Origin: Tubulanus polymorphus
Taxonomy: Eukaryota > Animalia > Nemertea
Reading direction: 5' to 3'
Length of the DNA stretch: 64,000 nucleotides
Assembly: GCF_964204645.1 (NCBI RefSeq)
Contig: NC_134034.1
Coordinates: forward strand, 13,033,062 to 13,097,061
A program made the position numbers and the translations under genes. Under the pieces are notes generated by a model that was given only the letters and a program-made list of their open reading frames with translations, had not been told where the DNA came from and made no database searches. Shown here piece by piece: positions 22,120-34,815 of this stretch; position 1 is the stretch's first letter, and every line of letters starts with the position of its first letter.

Positions 22120-25025
22120 CGTCCCCGCAAGCTGCATACGTAGGTGATGGATAAAATCATTGTATAGTTTGTAAAAACAGTGTCAACAACCTCTTTCCCA
22201 GTGGTGATGATTAGCATCTATTTCAAATACGTGTGTGCATTATATATGTATATATTGAATTCGTCTGTTATAGAAATAATGTTTTCATGACCCTAGTAGC
22301 GATTTAATAGTCTATCTTCAGCGATGATAAGGATTGCATGCACAAATAGCAATCAAATCATCAGCGAAATTCTGTTTTTAAATGATTATGATCTCGAATA
22401 AATAATTCAGTCGAAATTAATCCAGTTTTGAAAGGTCGGGGTTCGGTGTCAACGATGTGTATTCGATACGTTCGATTTACTTAGAAACCCCTCTCCCAAA
22501 CCCCTGCGAAAATTACTTAATTGCCCTCGTTTTTTTCGTGCTGAAAAAGTGTTCAGCTGAAACACGTATTGACACAGCAGCGTTATATCTAACTACATGT
22601 AATTATCGTATCTGTTTAATCATGCAGACGTTCGTTACGCGCACGTATCGACGAGAATCGATCAGAGAATCCATACCGCCCAGTACTATCAATATTTTCC
22701 GGGGTAGGATTGCAGAGACCCCCTTTTCGTTCCAACCGAGTTAGAAAACGAACCAAACGGCATATTCCTCACGTTACGGGCCTGAATAATTCAATTAAAG
22801 GCCTACGTGAACCCTTCAGTTCAAACCGAGTTAAAAAACGAACCCACACATATTCCATATAACCTCTGCTGTTAAATCTCAATTTGTCATTTATAACCCT
22901 TATTGATATCGTGCACTAACCATCGAAACAGCTTTTGTCAATGCACATTTTTTTTGTGGACGATAAAATTTCTAATCTAATCCTAACGCTGGGCCTGGGT
23001 GAACCCTCGCCAACGACCGGACCGGAAGACAATTCTTACACATTGAATACATTCATACAAACTATAAAAAAGATATGTACACTTACTTTAATCTCGTGCG
23101 GTGTAACGTCTATTGATTTTTGATATTTTGTTTAACAGAAAAGTACCCAGGTGGCAATATAGATACGTACATACTCATTGGCACACGCGTTCTCTGTCCG
23201 CGCGGGCGCGCGATCCTTCTCGCTACGAGCGCGACGCATTCAATTAAAATTCGCCGAATAGCGCCGACACAAACGTGAATAATTAATAACGAAATATATT
23301 CGAGCGAGCGGATGGAGAAACGGGAGAAAAATTACTCCACGATGTCGAGTTGTGAAAACAATCGAATGAGAGAGAGTGTCTGAGAGAAGTAACGGAATAT
23401 AGTCTGTTGTACGAGTAAACATTGCTGTGTATACTCAAGAGCCATCTAGCTACGGTTCCGCAGCCGCCGCCGCCGCCGCCGCCGTGCTGACGATGGTTTG
23501 GGTCGGGTACTGCTGCGCGCTCTGCAGACGCCGCAGAAAAAGGCTTGTGGAAGTAAACGAGAGACGAGTGGAAGAATATTGATAAAAGCTGAGCGATTCG
23601 AACGCGGGGTCGGATTTCAGCGAAGAACGGGACGGACCGAGTTGAATACGAAAACCTCGGAGCTGCCCGCAAATGTTACAACATTTCTTTAGTTGATAAA
23701 AATTGGGAGGAAGTTAACAAAGATGAAAAATTGCAAAAATACGATGACCTTGGAGAATTGGTATCAAATCTTAAAAATGGTTTTCTTCAGTTGTCAAACG
23801 GACGCAAGAATAAGGATGAAAAGAAAAAAATATTAGAATTTTTGGTATAGGCCTCTATTATTAGAAATTCTGAATATCTACGTATTGAACGGATTTAAAA
23901 TCTGATAGACCTCAGCTTATGTGTGAACCTCATTGGTTATAGAACCAAAATGAGTTCAAACTTGTCTTGAGTTGTAAGAGGTTATAGTAGGTTTAGATTT
24001 AGTGGTTATTGAACCACTGGTGAGTTTAGACTGGGCCTAGACGTTTTCGGACAGATCGGCTGATATCGCTGCTCAGGCCGGAGCCAATAAAAAGCCTTTC
24101 GATATCAGTATCGGTGATGAATTATTTGATAGCACGAACTACTTAAATTTGCGCAAGTGCAAAAACCAATTATGAAAATGAGTGAGTATCGTATCGTATC
24201 GTATTTGAAGATGCGCCACTCACACGTGTGTGAAACGGTTTTTTGAAAGTAGTGTCTATTACGCTCTCAGTCAGTCGATACAAATAAATAATTACACATC
24301 TAGGAATGCTCTTTCGCACGGCCGATCGTGGGTATAAAAAACCATACGATTAATGCCACATTTCAAAATCATATCGGGGAGATTATTTACTAGGCCTATG
24401 TATAATCAGGAATTTATCAAAATGAAACCACGTAGACGAGAAGATACACAATATCCGTGTATGACAATAACAAAGCCAAAAGGCCTGATGATGGCTTTGT
24501 TATCGTGGGATTTCTCTCGGCCTCGAAACCACAACGTTTCGGCTGTTGGCTAACGGCCATCATCAGGTGGAATGACCAAAAAACAAAGCATGTAAATTCA
24601 CAGGACGTTGACATGAATTGATCTAAAAAGTTTTTTTTTTTAAATATTAGAAATATTACGGATGTTTGCGACCACCCTCCTTCAGTCTAGACTAAAATAA
24701 TATATAGAAAAAACATATGACCACGTAAAACATTTCTAGTATTTTATATAAACGTTCTGGATCAATTCATATATTGTGGCATTTTTACTCATCGTTTTAT
24801 CACGGATATTGTGATCCGCAACTGACTCATACCTTTACATCCCTTTACGAAATAATTACCTCAGTAAAATGTAACAAGATACGTTCGCGCACGCCACGTT
24901 CGTGCTCTCTTGCCCTCTGGGCGATATGAACCGCGGTCGCATCCGATGCAAAATTCGATCCTACGCCGAGATAGGTTACGCTGCGATTTGTAATATACAT
25001 GTATATACTATATACGCTTATGTGC

Positions 25026-25026
<1 letters not shown>

Positions 25027-25080
<54 letters not shown>
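25027..25080. repeat. (TA)n microsatellite
   Basis: Direct reading of the sequence. Confidence 0.98.
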
Positions 25081-25081
<1 letters not shown>

Positions 25082-25454
25082 GCGCACGGTACATGCGAAA
25101 TAAAGCCACTAGAAATCATAGATTTTCATTAGTGTAAAACAACTGCTGCTCTAGATCGATTAGAATACTCGCCGATATAAAAAAACCCGTCAGGCGACAG
25201 TTGACACAATACACACGCGCACTGAAATACTTATAATAACAATACATGTATTCGCTGCTATTTTCATGATACATAAATAGATAAACGATGTGAGTTGAAT
25301 ATATGGTTATGCATAAACGGGTTCCATAAACGGGTTATTTGAATCTATGTATTTCTCATGATCAAGTATAGGGATTATGTCAAATTACATTGCAACTGCG
25401 CCGAGGCATGCACAGAGATGGCTAAACATTAAAATACCATTGAAGTTTTTTTAT

Positions 25455-25822
25455 TTATCTTGCATACATTATGATATTATAAAAAAATCTAACTGGAAAA
25501 AAGCGGTCACAATCACCACATTTTGACCGATCGGAGCTGGCTTCTTGGACGAAAGGAAGAAATCGTTTCTCCTTGCCTGACGCTGCCAGCGTAACCGCCC
25601 AGATGGAAACGAGTATTACTCTAATAGCAAACTTGGCTAACTGGTCTGAAAAAATGACGAATGAAACAGTTATGGAAATACGGATAAAGATAGCGCGAAA
25701 TCGAATATGAATTTAGTTTTGAAATGACCTCGATTCGTAATTCTTTTCGTATGCAGATCCCGACCCCAATGCAGTAGCAAGTGGGAAAATTGCGGATATT
25801 AAGAAATCTAATACCTACCCAT
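25455..25822 (-). CDS. Small secreted peptide precursor, copy B: MDQLAKFAIRVILVSIWAVTLAASG-KEKR-FLPFVQEASSDRSKCGDCDRFFPVRFFYNIIMYAR
   Basis: ATG-G (25822-25819)|gtaggt intron...ttttcag|exon 25645-25455; upstream non-coding exon ends at 26491 (gtaagt donor). Confidence 0.7.
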
Positions 25823-27327
25823 TGATTACGACCAAGATGAACGGAATGAATTGAAGTGAATCCTATGGAAATGAAATACAACATTGTTATCAAAATCTAT
25901 TTTCATTCCTTCATATTCTGGACCCAGTTCCACAGTTGTGAGTTAGAGTTAACTCTGAGTTAAAGCTAGTTCATTGCTCGGAACTGTGGAACTGGACCCT
26001 GTAGCTGACATCCGACGAAAATTCAACAAATATAGATATTTAAGGATACACAATTATTGATACCTTGTTTCTCCTTTTTGGGTCTGAGCTTAAAAGTTAG
26101 CCTAACCGGCCGTCTATCTATAACTACGTAAATTACTTGTTTTTTAAATCATGATCAAGCTTACAATAACAGACCCGACAGTTATAGAAATGAACTGATT
26201 ACAAATTTTATTGGAGTTTATTTACAAAAGTGACCCGGCCGATCAGGAAAAACAATGTATCATTTCCTTAGCCTAACAAGTTTGATATGTATCTAGGACG
26301 CTATTAAACGTCAAGTTTTAGTTAGCGTGAGGAATGAGGTTTTCATCCAACTTTGACTGCTAACGCCATCATTGATTACACAATATTCACCAGAACACTT
26401 TGGAATGGCGATCGACTTCGTGTTCAGGACTTCACTGAGACAATTTTTGAATGAACTTCATCAGGCATAGTGTAACGTATAATAACTTACTGCGGGTTGT
26501 CCTGCGAGGTTCCTCGGTTGTTCCTTGTGATCCGATCACTGGAATTAGTGAACTATACGTAATGAGAACTAACTATGTATGGGAACTATACAAAGCACTT
26601 CGAAAACGAGACATTATCGATCATCCGATTCATGAAGATGAATTTTTGTCGGAGTCAAATTTCAGTTACCAGAGAGTGCAGAGTGCACGATCGATCACGT
26701 GCCGTATGATATCTGATATGATATTTCTCAATTCTGAATTTGTTCAATAGAATATTCTATCATTATTTGTCTATCATCTAATATAACACATAGGTGAGTC
26801 TTCTGGATCTATCATCATTCTAAAACTACATTGGAATAAGTTTTACCCAGAAACGGGCTCTCTGGTACCACATTTTGGGCCAGCCATTACCACGTGGTCT
26901 CTCAAGCGGTACCATACTAGTTGGATATGGAAAAATGCATCCGAGTCTTACATTATGATTGAATACATGGTTGGAAGATGTAGGTAAATTGGAAAACTGC
27001 CGGGTAAAAAAGAAAAGGAAAGCATCTGATTGGCTAGACGAATAGACTGGTGGCCGCTGAGTGGCATCTTGTCCGGGCGCAACCTGAGGCGGCGTAATAG
27101 ACCAACGAGGGGAGGAGTCTGCGGCCAGGGTTCGGCCATGATACATAAATAGATAAACGATGTGAGTTGAATATATGGTTATACATGAAGCGAGTTCCAT
27201 AAACGGGTTATTTGAATCTACGTATTTCTCATGATCAAGTATAGGGATTATGTCAAATTACATTGCAACTGCGCCGAGGCATGCACAGAGATGGCTAAAC
27301 GTTAAAATACCATTGAAGTTTTTTTAT

Positions 27328-27673
27328 TTATATTGGATACATTATGACATTATAAAAAAATACCACATTTTGACCGATCGGAGCTGGCTTCTGCAGGCCG
27401 AAAGGAAGAAATCGTTTCTCCTTGCCTGACGCTGCCAGCGTAACCGCCCAGATGGAAACCAGTATTACTCTAATAGCAAACTTGGCTAACTGGTCTGAAA
27501 AAAATGACGAATGAAACAGTTATGGAAATACGGATTAAGATAGCGCGAAATTGAATATGAATTTAGTTTTGAAATGATCTCGATTCGTAATTCTTTTCGT
27601 ATGCAGATCCCCGACCCCAATGCAGTAGCAAGTGGGAAAATTGCGGATATTAAGAAATCTAATACCTACCCAT
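27328..27673 (-). CDS. Small secreted peptide precursor, copy C: MDQLAKFAIRVILVSIWAVTLAASG-KEKR-FLPFGLQKPAPIGQNVVFFYNVIMYPI
   Basis: ATG-G (27673-27670)|gtaggt...cag|exon 27494-27328; non-coding exon ends at 28378; tandem duplicate of copy B. Confidence 0.7.
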
Positions 27674-27769
27674 TGATTACGACCAAGATGAACGGAATGA
27701 ATTGAAGTGAATCCTATGGAAATGAAATACAACATTGTTATCAAAATCTATTTTCATTCCTTCATATTC

Positions 27770-27882
27770 TGGACCCAGTTCCACAGTTGTGAGTTAGAGT
27801 TAACTCTGAGTTAAAGCTAGTTCATTTTCGATGAGTTAACTCGGAGTTAAATCTTAACTCGGAACTGTGGAACTGGACCCTG
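27770..27882. mobile_element. MITE with GGNCCCAGTTCCACAGTT ends (copies at 25918-26001, internally deleted, and at 52868-52981)
   Basis: cccagttccacagtt...aactgtggaactggaccc with an internal gagttaactc palindrome. Confidence 0.75.
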
Positions 27883-29884
27883 TAGCTGACATCCGACGAA
27901 AAGTCAACAAATATAGATATTTAAGGATACACAATTATTGATACCTTGTTTCTCCTTTTTGGGTCTGAGCTTAAAAGTTAGCCTAGCTGGCCCGTCTATC
28001 TATAACTACGTAAATTACTTGTTTTTTAAATCATGATCAAGCTTACAATAACAGACCCGACAGTTATAGAAATGAACTGATTACAAATTTTATTGGAGTT
28101 TATTTACAAAAGTGACCCGGCCGATCAGGAAAAACAATGTATCATTTCCTTAGCCTAATAAGTTTGATATGTATCTACTAGGACGCTATTAAACGTCAAG
28201 TTTTAGTTAGCGTGAGGAATGAGGTTTTCATCCAACTTTGACTGCTATAGCGCTATCATAAATTACACAATATTCACCAGAACACTTTGGAATGGCGATC
28301 GACTTCGTATTCAGGACTTCACTGAGACAATTTTTGAATGAACTTCATCAGGCGTAGTGTAACGTATAATAACTTACTGCGGGTTGTCCTGCGAGGTTCC
28401 TCGGTTGTTCCTTGTGATCCGATCACTGGAATTAGTGAACTATACGTAATGAGAACTAACTATGTATGGGAACTATACGAAGCACTTCGAAAACGAGACG
28501 TTATTGATCATCCGATTCGTGAAGATGATTTTTTGTCGGAGTCAAATTTCAGTTACCAGAGTGCAGAGTGCACGATCGATCACGTGCCGTATGATATCTG
28601 ATATGATATTTCTCAATTCTGAATTTGTTCAATAGAATATTCTATCATCATTTGTCTATCATCTAATATAACATATAGGTGAGTCTTCTGGATCTATCAT
28701 CATTCTAAAACTACATTGGAATAAGTTTTACCTCGAAACGGGCTCTCTGGTACCACATTTTGGGCCGGCCATAACCACGGGTCTCCCAGGCGGTACCATA
28801 CTAGTTGGATATGGTAAAATGCATCTAAGTCTAACATTATGATTGAATACATGGTTGGAAGATGTAGGTTAATTGGATAACTGCCGGGTAAAAAAAAAGG
28901 AACGCATCTGATTGGCTAGACGAATAGACTGGTGGCCGCTGAGTGGCATCTTGTCCGGGCGCAACCTTGGGCGGCGTTATAGACCAACGAGGGGGGAGGG
29001 GGGGGTCTGCGGCCAGGGTTTGTGTTCGCATTAGCATTGGCATGCCCGGTCAACTGGAGTTAACTGATCAAATTGTGACAACTGGTCAACTCCAGATATT
29101 TGCTCGCGTTCAAAAGTCCGCTTATGGTTCCGTGCAAAAATCATTTACTGGAAACAAAGTCTATGTAGTACGTATCTTAAAGAGAAACGTTTTTCAAAAT
29201 AGTATTTATTACTCTACCAGAGTATGCAAGTGCTGGAGGTTGATATAAATAATTACACACATTTAGGAATGCTCGTTCGCGCCGCAAAGTGCTGTCTAAA
29301 AGCCCTGAGAGTCCTCTAACGAAATCCGTCTGAAAATATGCAACAAAATATGTTTGTCGATGCCTCTTTCGTCTCACCAGCCCTCTGAGACAATTGACAG
29401 AATTGAGAAATATATATACGATACTGGTTACTGAAATTCGTGCTCGAAAAATCATCTTCGTATTTGATAATAGCGAATTCACTTTCACGCGTTAACCATA
29501 GTTAGATTTATGGAGAGTTATCGATCTACACTCTAGTCCATCCACCCATCAGGTAATTGAGAAATAAATATATATCAAATATCATTCCGGAATCGTGTAC
29601 TTCACACTCGGGTAAATGAAATTTGAAGCCGAAATCGATTTATGAAGATGATTTCGGCTTCAAATTTCATTTACCCGAGTGTACGGGTATAGATATCTCA
29701 TTATACTTTCACTAATCGCATTGAACGGATCGCCGCCGCGCACAGAAGCCGAGGAACCTCGCAAGACCGAACCGTAAGACCACCTTTTTGGCTGTTGTGA
29801 TTTATACTTTTCATCGAAAATGTCTCTGAACATCGTCTGGACGTTCGCTATTTTAGAGTGTTTTCATAAATTGTAAATTCTTTG

Positions 29885-29915
<31 letters not shown>

Positions 29916-30020
29916 TGCGAGCATGCGTGCGTGTGTGCGTGTTATATATCGAAATTATATAAATTTATCATCATACCTACACGACATATTTGCATATTTA
30001 GATAAGTGAATTTTCGGTTA

Positions 30021-30387
30021 GGGGCCGTCCATAAAATACCTCCACGCTGTAGGGGGGGGGGGGTTGGTTTAGATTTTTTGGACTTTTGTGGACAAGGGGG
30101 AGGGGTTCCTCTGATATGGATGTCCATCTTGAAAGCGACATCGTTCACTAGTTAGCGACATCTTTTGTGGATAGAAGTATAGGTAAAATCACCTATGACT
30201 AGTTACCAGAACTTTACTAGTTATGATAATGATACCATGCATCAAATCTTTATAATGTGTGGAACTTAAGGTCCACTGTCCGTTGGACAAGGGGAGGGGG
30301 TCAAGCTGATATGGATCTTATGTGGACATAGGGGGAGGGGGTCAGATTTTCCATACTTATGTGTGGACGTCTTTTATTGACAGCCCC
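30021..30387. mobile_element. PIF/Harbinger-type MITE with TTA target duplication
   Basis: tta-GGGGCCGTCCATAAAA...TTTTATTGACAGCCCC-tta; sits in intron 1 of copy D. Confidence 0.7.
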
Positions 30388-30499
30388 TTAAGTGTCAGTC
30401 ACAAGGACTACGTAAACTTGAATAACAATGTTGTATTGTATTTCATTTCCAGGCTTCACATCTTCTCATTCCCGTACATTTAGTGTCTCATCAAAGAAA

Positions 30500-31120
30500 A
30501 TGAGTAAGTTAAGTATTGTGTTTATCTTTCTAATCGTCCAGGGGCCAGTTGCTGAAAAGTTGGTTAGAGTTAGTCAGCGGATAGATGACATAGTGACAAT
30601 TGAAATATCATTGTTGCTATGATATTCATTCGTCGGTTATCATTAACCAATTTTTGGGGCCAGTTGCACAGTCGAGACTTAAGTCAAAATGTGGTCTTAA
30701 ATCTTAAGAGTGGTCTTAACTTGTTAGATTGGCTATAGAACTTAGTTGGTCTTAGTCTGGTCTTAAGTCTAAGCCATGACTATGCAACCGGCCCCTGAAG
30801 TTTTAATTGATTTGATTTCATTAAGTTCTATATTCTGAAATAATAAGGATGAAATGTCCGCTATTTTACCGCGCGTTTGAGTAGGGCGACCGTGCAGTTG
30901 GTCATGTGACGTGTACAAAAAGACGAGCTGAGCAGTTTCAAATGAAACTTTTAATATATTGACTTTACTGATTTTTCTTTCCTTTTTAGGCTGGTTAGCC
31001 AAAGTCGCTATAAGTCTTTGCGCAATATTCATATCCATCTGGGTGACGCCCGCAACAGGCAAGGAAAAACGGTTGTTCCCTAATAATTTGCCACTGGAAA
31101 CTGAACGGTTCGAAAAATGA
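30500..31120 (+). CDS. Small secreted peptide precursor, copy D (inverted): MSWLAKVAISLCAIFISIWVTPATG-KEKR-LFPNNLPLETERFEK
   Basis: Non-coding exon about 29720-29773|gtaag; exon 30453-30503 ending ATG-A|gtaagt; ttttag|exon 30990-31120; family-conserved 3' UTR motif ttcaaataaccc at about 31205. Confidence 0.78.
30539..30797. mobile_element. Two abutting or nested CAGGGGCCAGTTGC-ended MITEs in intron 2 of copy D
   Basis: First element 30539-30655 (right end lost), second 30656-30797 (ggggccagttgcacagtc...gactatgcaaccggcccc). Absent from the paralogous introns of E, F and G. Confidence 0.75.
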
Positions 31121-31419
31121 TCACTCTCCCTAAATATCAAGATCGCCGCTTTGTGCATACATTCACCTCGCCACAGTTTCCAATACAATTCTCAAAAATA
31201 TACATTCAAATAACCCATTAAATAACTCTTGTTCAATCTGTAACAATGTGTTTAGCGAACAATATTGTATCTATTAAGTTATTAAAAAAGTAATTATCAT
31301 TCCCGTGTATTGTATCGTGTCATCTGTTGACTTGAAGATTTCATATTGGCTAATTAATATTGTAATCGATTTAGCCCAGTCGTTTCAATGAGATTATCTA
31401 GGATTTCTGGTGGCTTTGC

Positions 31420-31696
31420 TTCATATTATGTACTTATGCAGTGAATACGTGGGAGCGATGGTAGATTGCAACCACAAAGAGAAAAGTTTAGCAACTTTAG
31501 CTAACCGGCCTGACGAGGAAAGAAGAATTAGCGAAAATTCTTAAAAAGTTTCATTTGAGAAACTGCTCGATTCGTCATACGTCACATGAACACGGTCTAC
31601 TCAAACGCGCGGTAAAAAAGTGGTCGTTCCATTTTTACAATTTCAGAATATAGAACGCAATGAAATCAAAAATCGATTACAACTTTACTTACTCAT
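31420..31696 (-). pseudogene. Truncated peptide-precursor copy E (MSRLAKVA..., then runs into unrelated sequence)
   Basis: ATG-A 31696-31693|gtaagt; acceptor at 31510. Homology ends after about 8 codons, where it meets the downstream flank of inverted copy D. No KEKR. Confidence 0.7.
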
Positions 31697-32694
31697 TTTC
31701 TGACGCAGCAAAATGACGCGAGAACGAGTAGGATGTGGAGCCTGGAGATTGAATACGATGTTATCAAAGTCAATGTAATTCTTCATATTCTGTTTTTTAT
31801 ACTGATAACGAATATATTGAAGTTCGATATAGGCTCTTAAAACTACACCCCAAAATTGTGCGATTCCTTAATTGTCATTCGCTAATTTGTCACCTGAAAA
31901 TGAACTGATCAACACTTTGAAATAGACAATTTATTTGACACTCTTTAAAACAGCGACCTCACGTGTGTTCAGAGCTTTGTCATAGACATTTTCTGATTGG
32001 AAATAAACTAAAACAGACATAAGACATAAAGTATCGTCACACATTTACTGACGGTTTTGTCATGCGAGGTTCCTCGGCTGCCGTTCAGTATAAAGTATAC
32101 AAAAATTCATATTGAAAATGAAGCACTTCCGTTGTTCGATCATCGATTCATAAGAATGATTTTTTGGATACAAATTTCAGTAACCCGATTGCAGAATACA
32201 CGATCGCCTGGTACGATATACGATAAGTATCATTCTGTATGACGCGTAATTTCTCTTATTTCACAACAGCAGTGAACTGAACATAACCAGGCTCATAACT
32301 CCCAGTCACAGTCAAGGCGGTTGATATAAATGATTTGACATTTAGGAATGCTATTTAACACGACCCGATCGCCACCGAAAAGGCGACGCTATGAAATATG
32401 TACTGTGAAATAAAAACAATTCCTAGGTTCTCGTTAAGAAGACGTAGATCTTCGCTAGATCGAGTTAAATAGCCGATACAAAAATACCCCAGAGTCAACA
32501 GGCGATACAATATTTACACTGGAATTTCAGACACCTTTATTCGTTATTATAACATATAGATACAGAATGATCGCTAAATACATTGTTACGCATGGAACAA
32601 GTTATTTAATGGGTTATTTGAATCTATATCTTAAATAACTAAAAATTCAGGGCGAGTTATCGATTTTTAACTTGTTGAGAATTCGCTGCCGAAA

Positions 32695-33123
32695 TTATAG
32701 GACCGATCCTCTTTTCCTTACGGTGAGTGGCATCGCCCAGCCGGCTGCGAGCGGCATCACCCAGATGCAAACGAATATTGCGCAGACATTTATAGCGACT
32801 TTGGCTAACCAGCCTAAAAAAGGAAATAAGAATGAGTGAAAATACTATCAAAAATTCGTTTGAGAAACTGCTCAGTTTGTCATTTTGTGCACGTCACATG
32901 AACAGCACGAGCTGTAGTCTATCTTCAGTACTTTATCGAACTGTTAATCCAATGATGTATTTGTTCCACATTGCGGACTAATTAAGTTAATCTGAATTCG
33001 AATTTGGTAAAAAGCGAACATTTCATCTTTACTATTTATAATGGAACTTAATGGAATCAAATTATGTTTATTGAAATTTTTGGCCGAGTAGAGAATAAAA
33101 AACCAAACATTCGACTTACTCAT
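32695..33123 (-). CDS. Peptide-precursor copy F, frameshifted: MSWLAKVAINVCAIFVCIWVMPLAAGWAMPLTV-RKR-GSVL (ancestral frame KEKR-IGPIISAANSQQVKNR)
   Basis: ATG-A 33123-33120|gtaagt; exon from 32813. A 20-nt duplication-derived insert precedes aaggaaaagagg and shifts the frame. Possibly a pseudogene. Confidence 0.6.
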
Positions 33124-34094
33124 TTTCTGTGATAACACTCCTGAAATAACGCGGGTATGAATAGGAATTGGAAGCCTGGAAATGGAATACAATGCGAAGA
33201 TGTCATCAAGATCGATGTCGTAATTCTTCATATTCTGTTGCTTATACTTAACAAATAATGAATATGTTGAAGTTCGATATAGGCTCGTGAAAATGTGCCC
33301 AGAATTGTGAGATTTTTTTGTTGAAAGATGACTAATCAACACTTTGAAATAGACATTTCTTGAACACACGTTAAAATATCGTCCCTTTCCTCTAGAGGCT
33401 TCATTAAGTGTTCACAGCTTTATCGGATACATTTTCGATTGAAAATGAACTACAAGACATTCGACTTATTCACATTTGCTTACGGTTTTGTTCCTGCGAG
33501 GTTCCTCGGCTGTTAAAGGCGTTCACTACGATCAGTGAAAGTATGATGGGAAATTCATATCGAAAAACAAAGCACTTCGGTAACGAGACATTGTTTAATC
33601 ATCGATTCGTGAAGTTGATTTTTTCGGATTCAAATTTCAGTTGAAAAAACGCGAATGCAGACGGCACGATCACGTGGCTTGATCGATAAAACACTCGAGA
33701 TCCGGCGAGACCAGAGTGCTGAGTACACGTAGCATGATATCTGATATTTCTGAATTTGTTCAATAAAACACTAAAAATTCTATGCTATCGTCTAAAAACA
33801 TACGTGAGTCGTCTGGATATATCTGCATTCTGAAACTGCATTGGAAGTTTTATTTTTCAGCTACATAGGAACAAGGGTTTTCGGTACAACATCCTTAGGC
33901 CGGCCGCCCCCCCCCCCCCCCATGATCTCCTGTTCCGTACCACAGTTGATGTAGGTTTTCCTGTAATATTTACCGAATGAAACTGTTCTCGAAGAAATCA
34001 ATCATTAATGATAACTAAGCCGATATCTGAATAGGCAAAATGAATTAAATTTATATTTGGCAGGATGACAATCTATAGCATTCAGGACCAGTTA

Positions 34095-34536
34095 TCATTT
34101 TCTGACACGTTGGGAATTCACTGACGGAATGATAGAAAAGATCCTTTTTTCTTTGCCCGCTGCGTGCGTCGTCACCCAGATGGAGATGAATATTGCGCAG
34201 ACATTTATAGCGACTTTGGCTAACCAGCCTAAAAAAGGAAATAAGAATGAGTGAAAATACTATCAAAGTTTCGTTTGAGAAACTGCTCAGTTTGTCAGTT
34301 TGTGCACGTCACATGGACAGCACGAGCTGGAGTCTATATTCTGTACTTTATCGAGCTGTTTATCCAATGATGTATTTGTTCCACATTGCGGACCAAGAAA
34401 GTTGATTTGAATTTGAATTTGGTAAAAAGTGAACATTTCATCTTCACTATTTATTATGGAACTTAATGAAATCAAATTATATCAATTAAAACCTTTGACC
34501 GATTACAAGAAAACACCAAATATTTCACTTACTCAT
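34095..34536 (-). CDS. Small secreted peptide precursor, copy G: MSWLAKVAINVCAIFISIWVTTHAAG-KEKR-IFSIIPSVNSQRVRK
   Basis: ATG-A 34536-34533|gtaagt; ttttag|exon 34228-34095; non-coding exon donor near 35085. Confidence 0.78.
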
Positions 34537-34815
34537 TTTCTGTGATAACACTCCTGAAATAACGCGGGAATGAATAGGAATTGTAAGCCTGGAATAAATG
34601 GAATACAATGCGAAGATGTCATCAAGATCGATGTCGTAATTCTTCATGTTCTGTTGCTTATACTTAACAAATAATGAATATGTTGAAGTTCGATATAGGC
34701 TCGTGAGAATGTGCCCAGTGAGATTTCTTATTTGAAAAGACAACAATCAACACTTTGAAATAAAATAGACACTTTATGAACACACGTTGAAATACCGCCC
34801 CGTACAGAGGCTTCA

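Larger units (their letters stand above)
25265..29020. repeat. Tandem segmental duplication, about 1.87 kb unit (about 25265-27130 and 27135-29020), carrying peptide copies B and C
   Basis: Long near-identical colinear sequence, e.g. 25641-26760 vs 27490-28650. Confidence 0.9.

Noticed and set aside
23283-23692. ORFs over a CpG-rich (GCC)n stretch
   Set aside because: No recognisable protein features; may be a promoter or 5' UTR, but I cannot assign it to a gene.
26451-26750. Recurrent plus-strand ORFs in the duplicated blocks (also 28338, 32057, 33408, 41118)
   Set aside because: Frames and stops are not conserved among copies; they overlie the antisense non-coding exon and promoter of the peptide genes.
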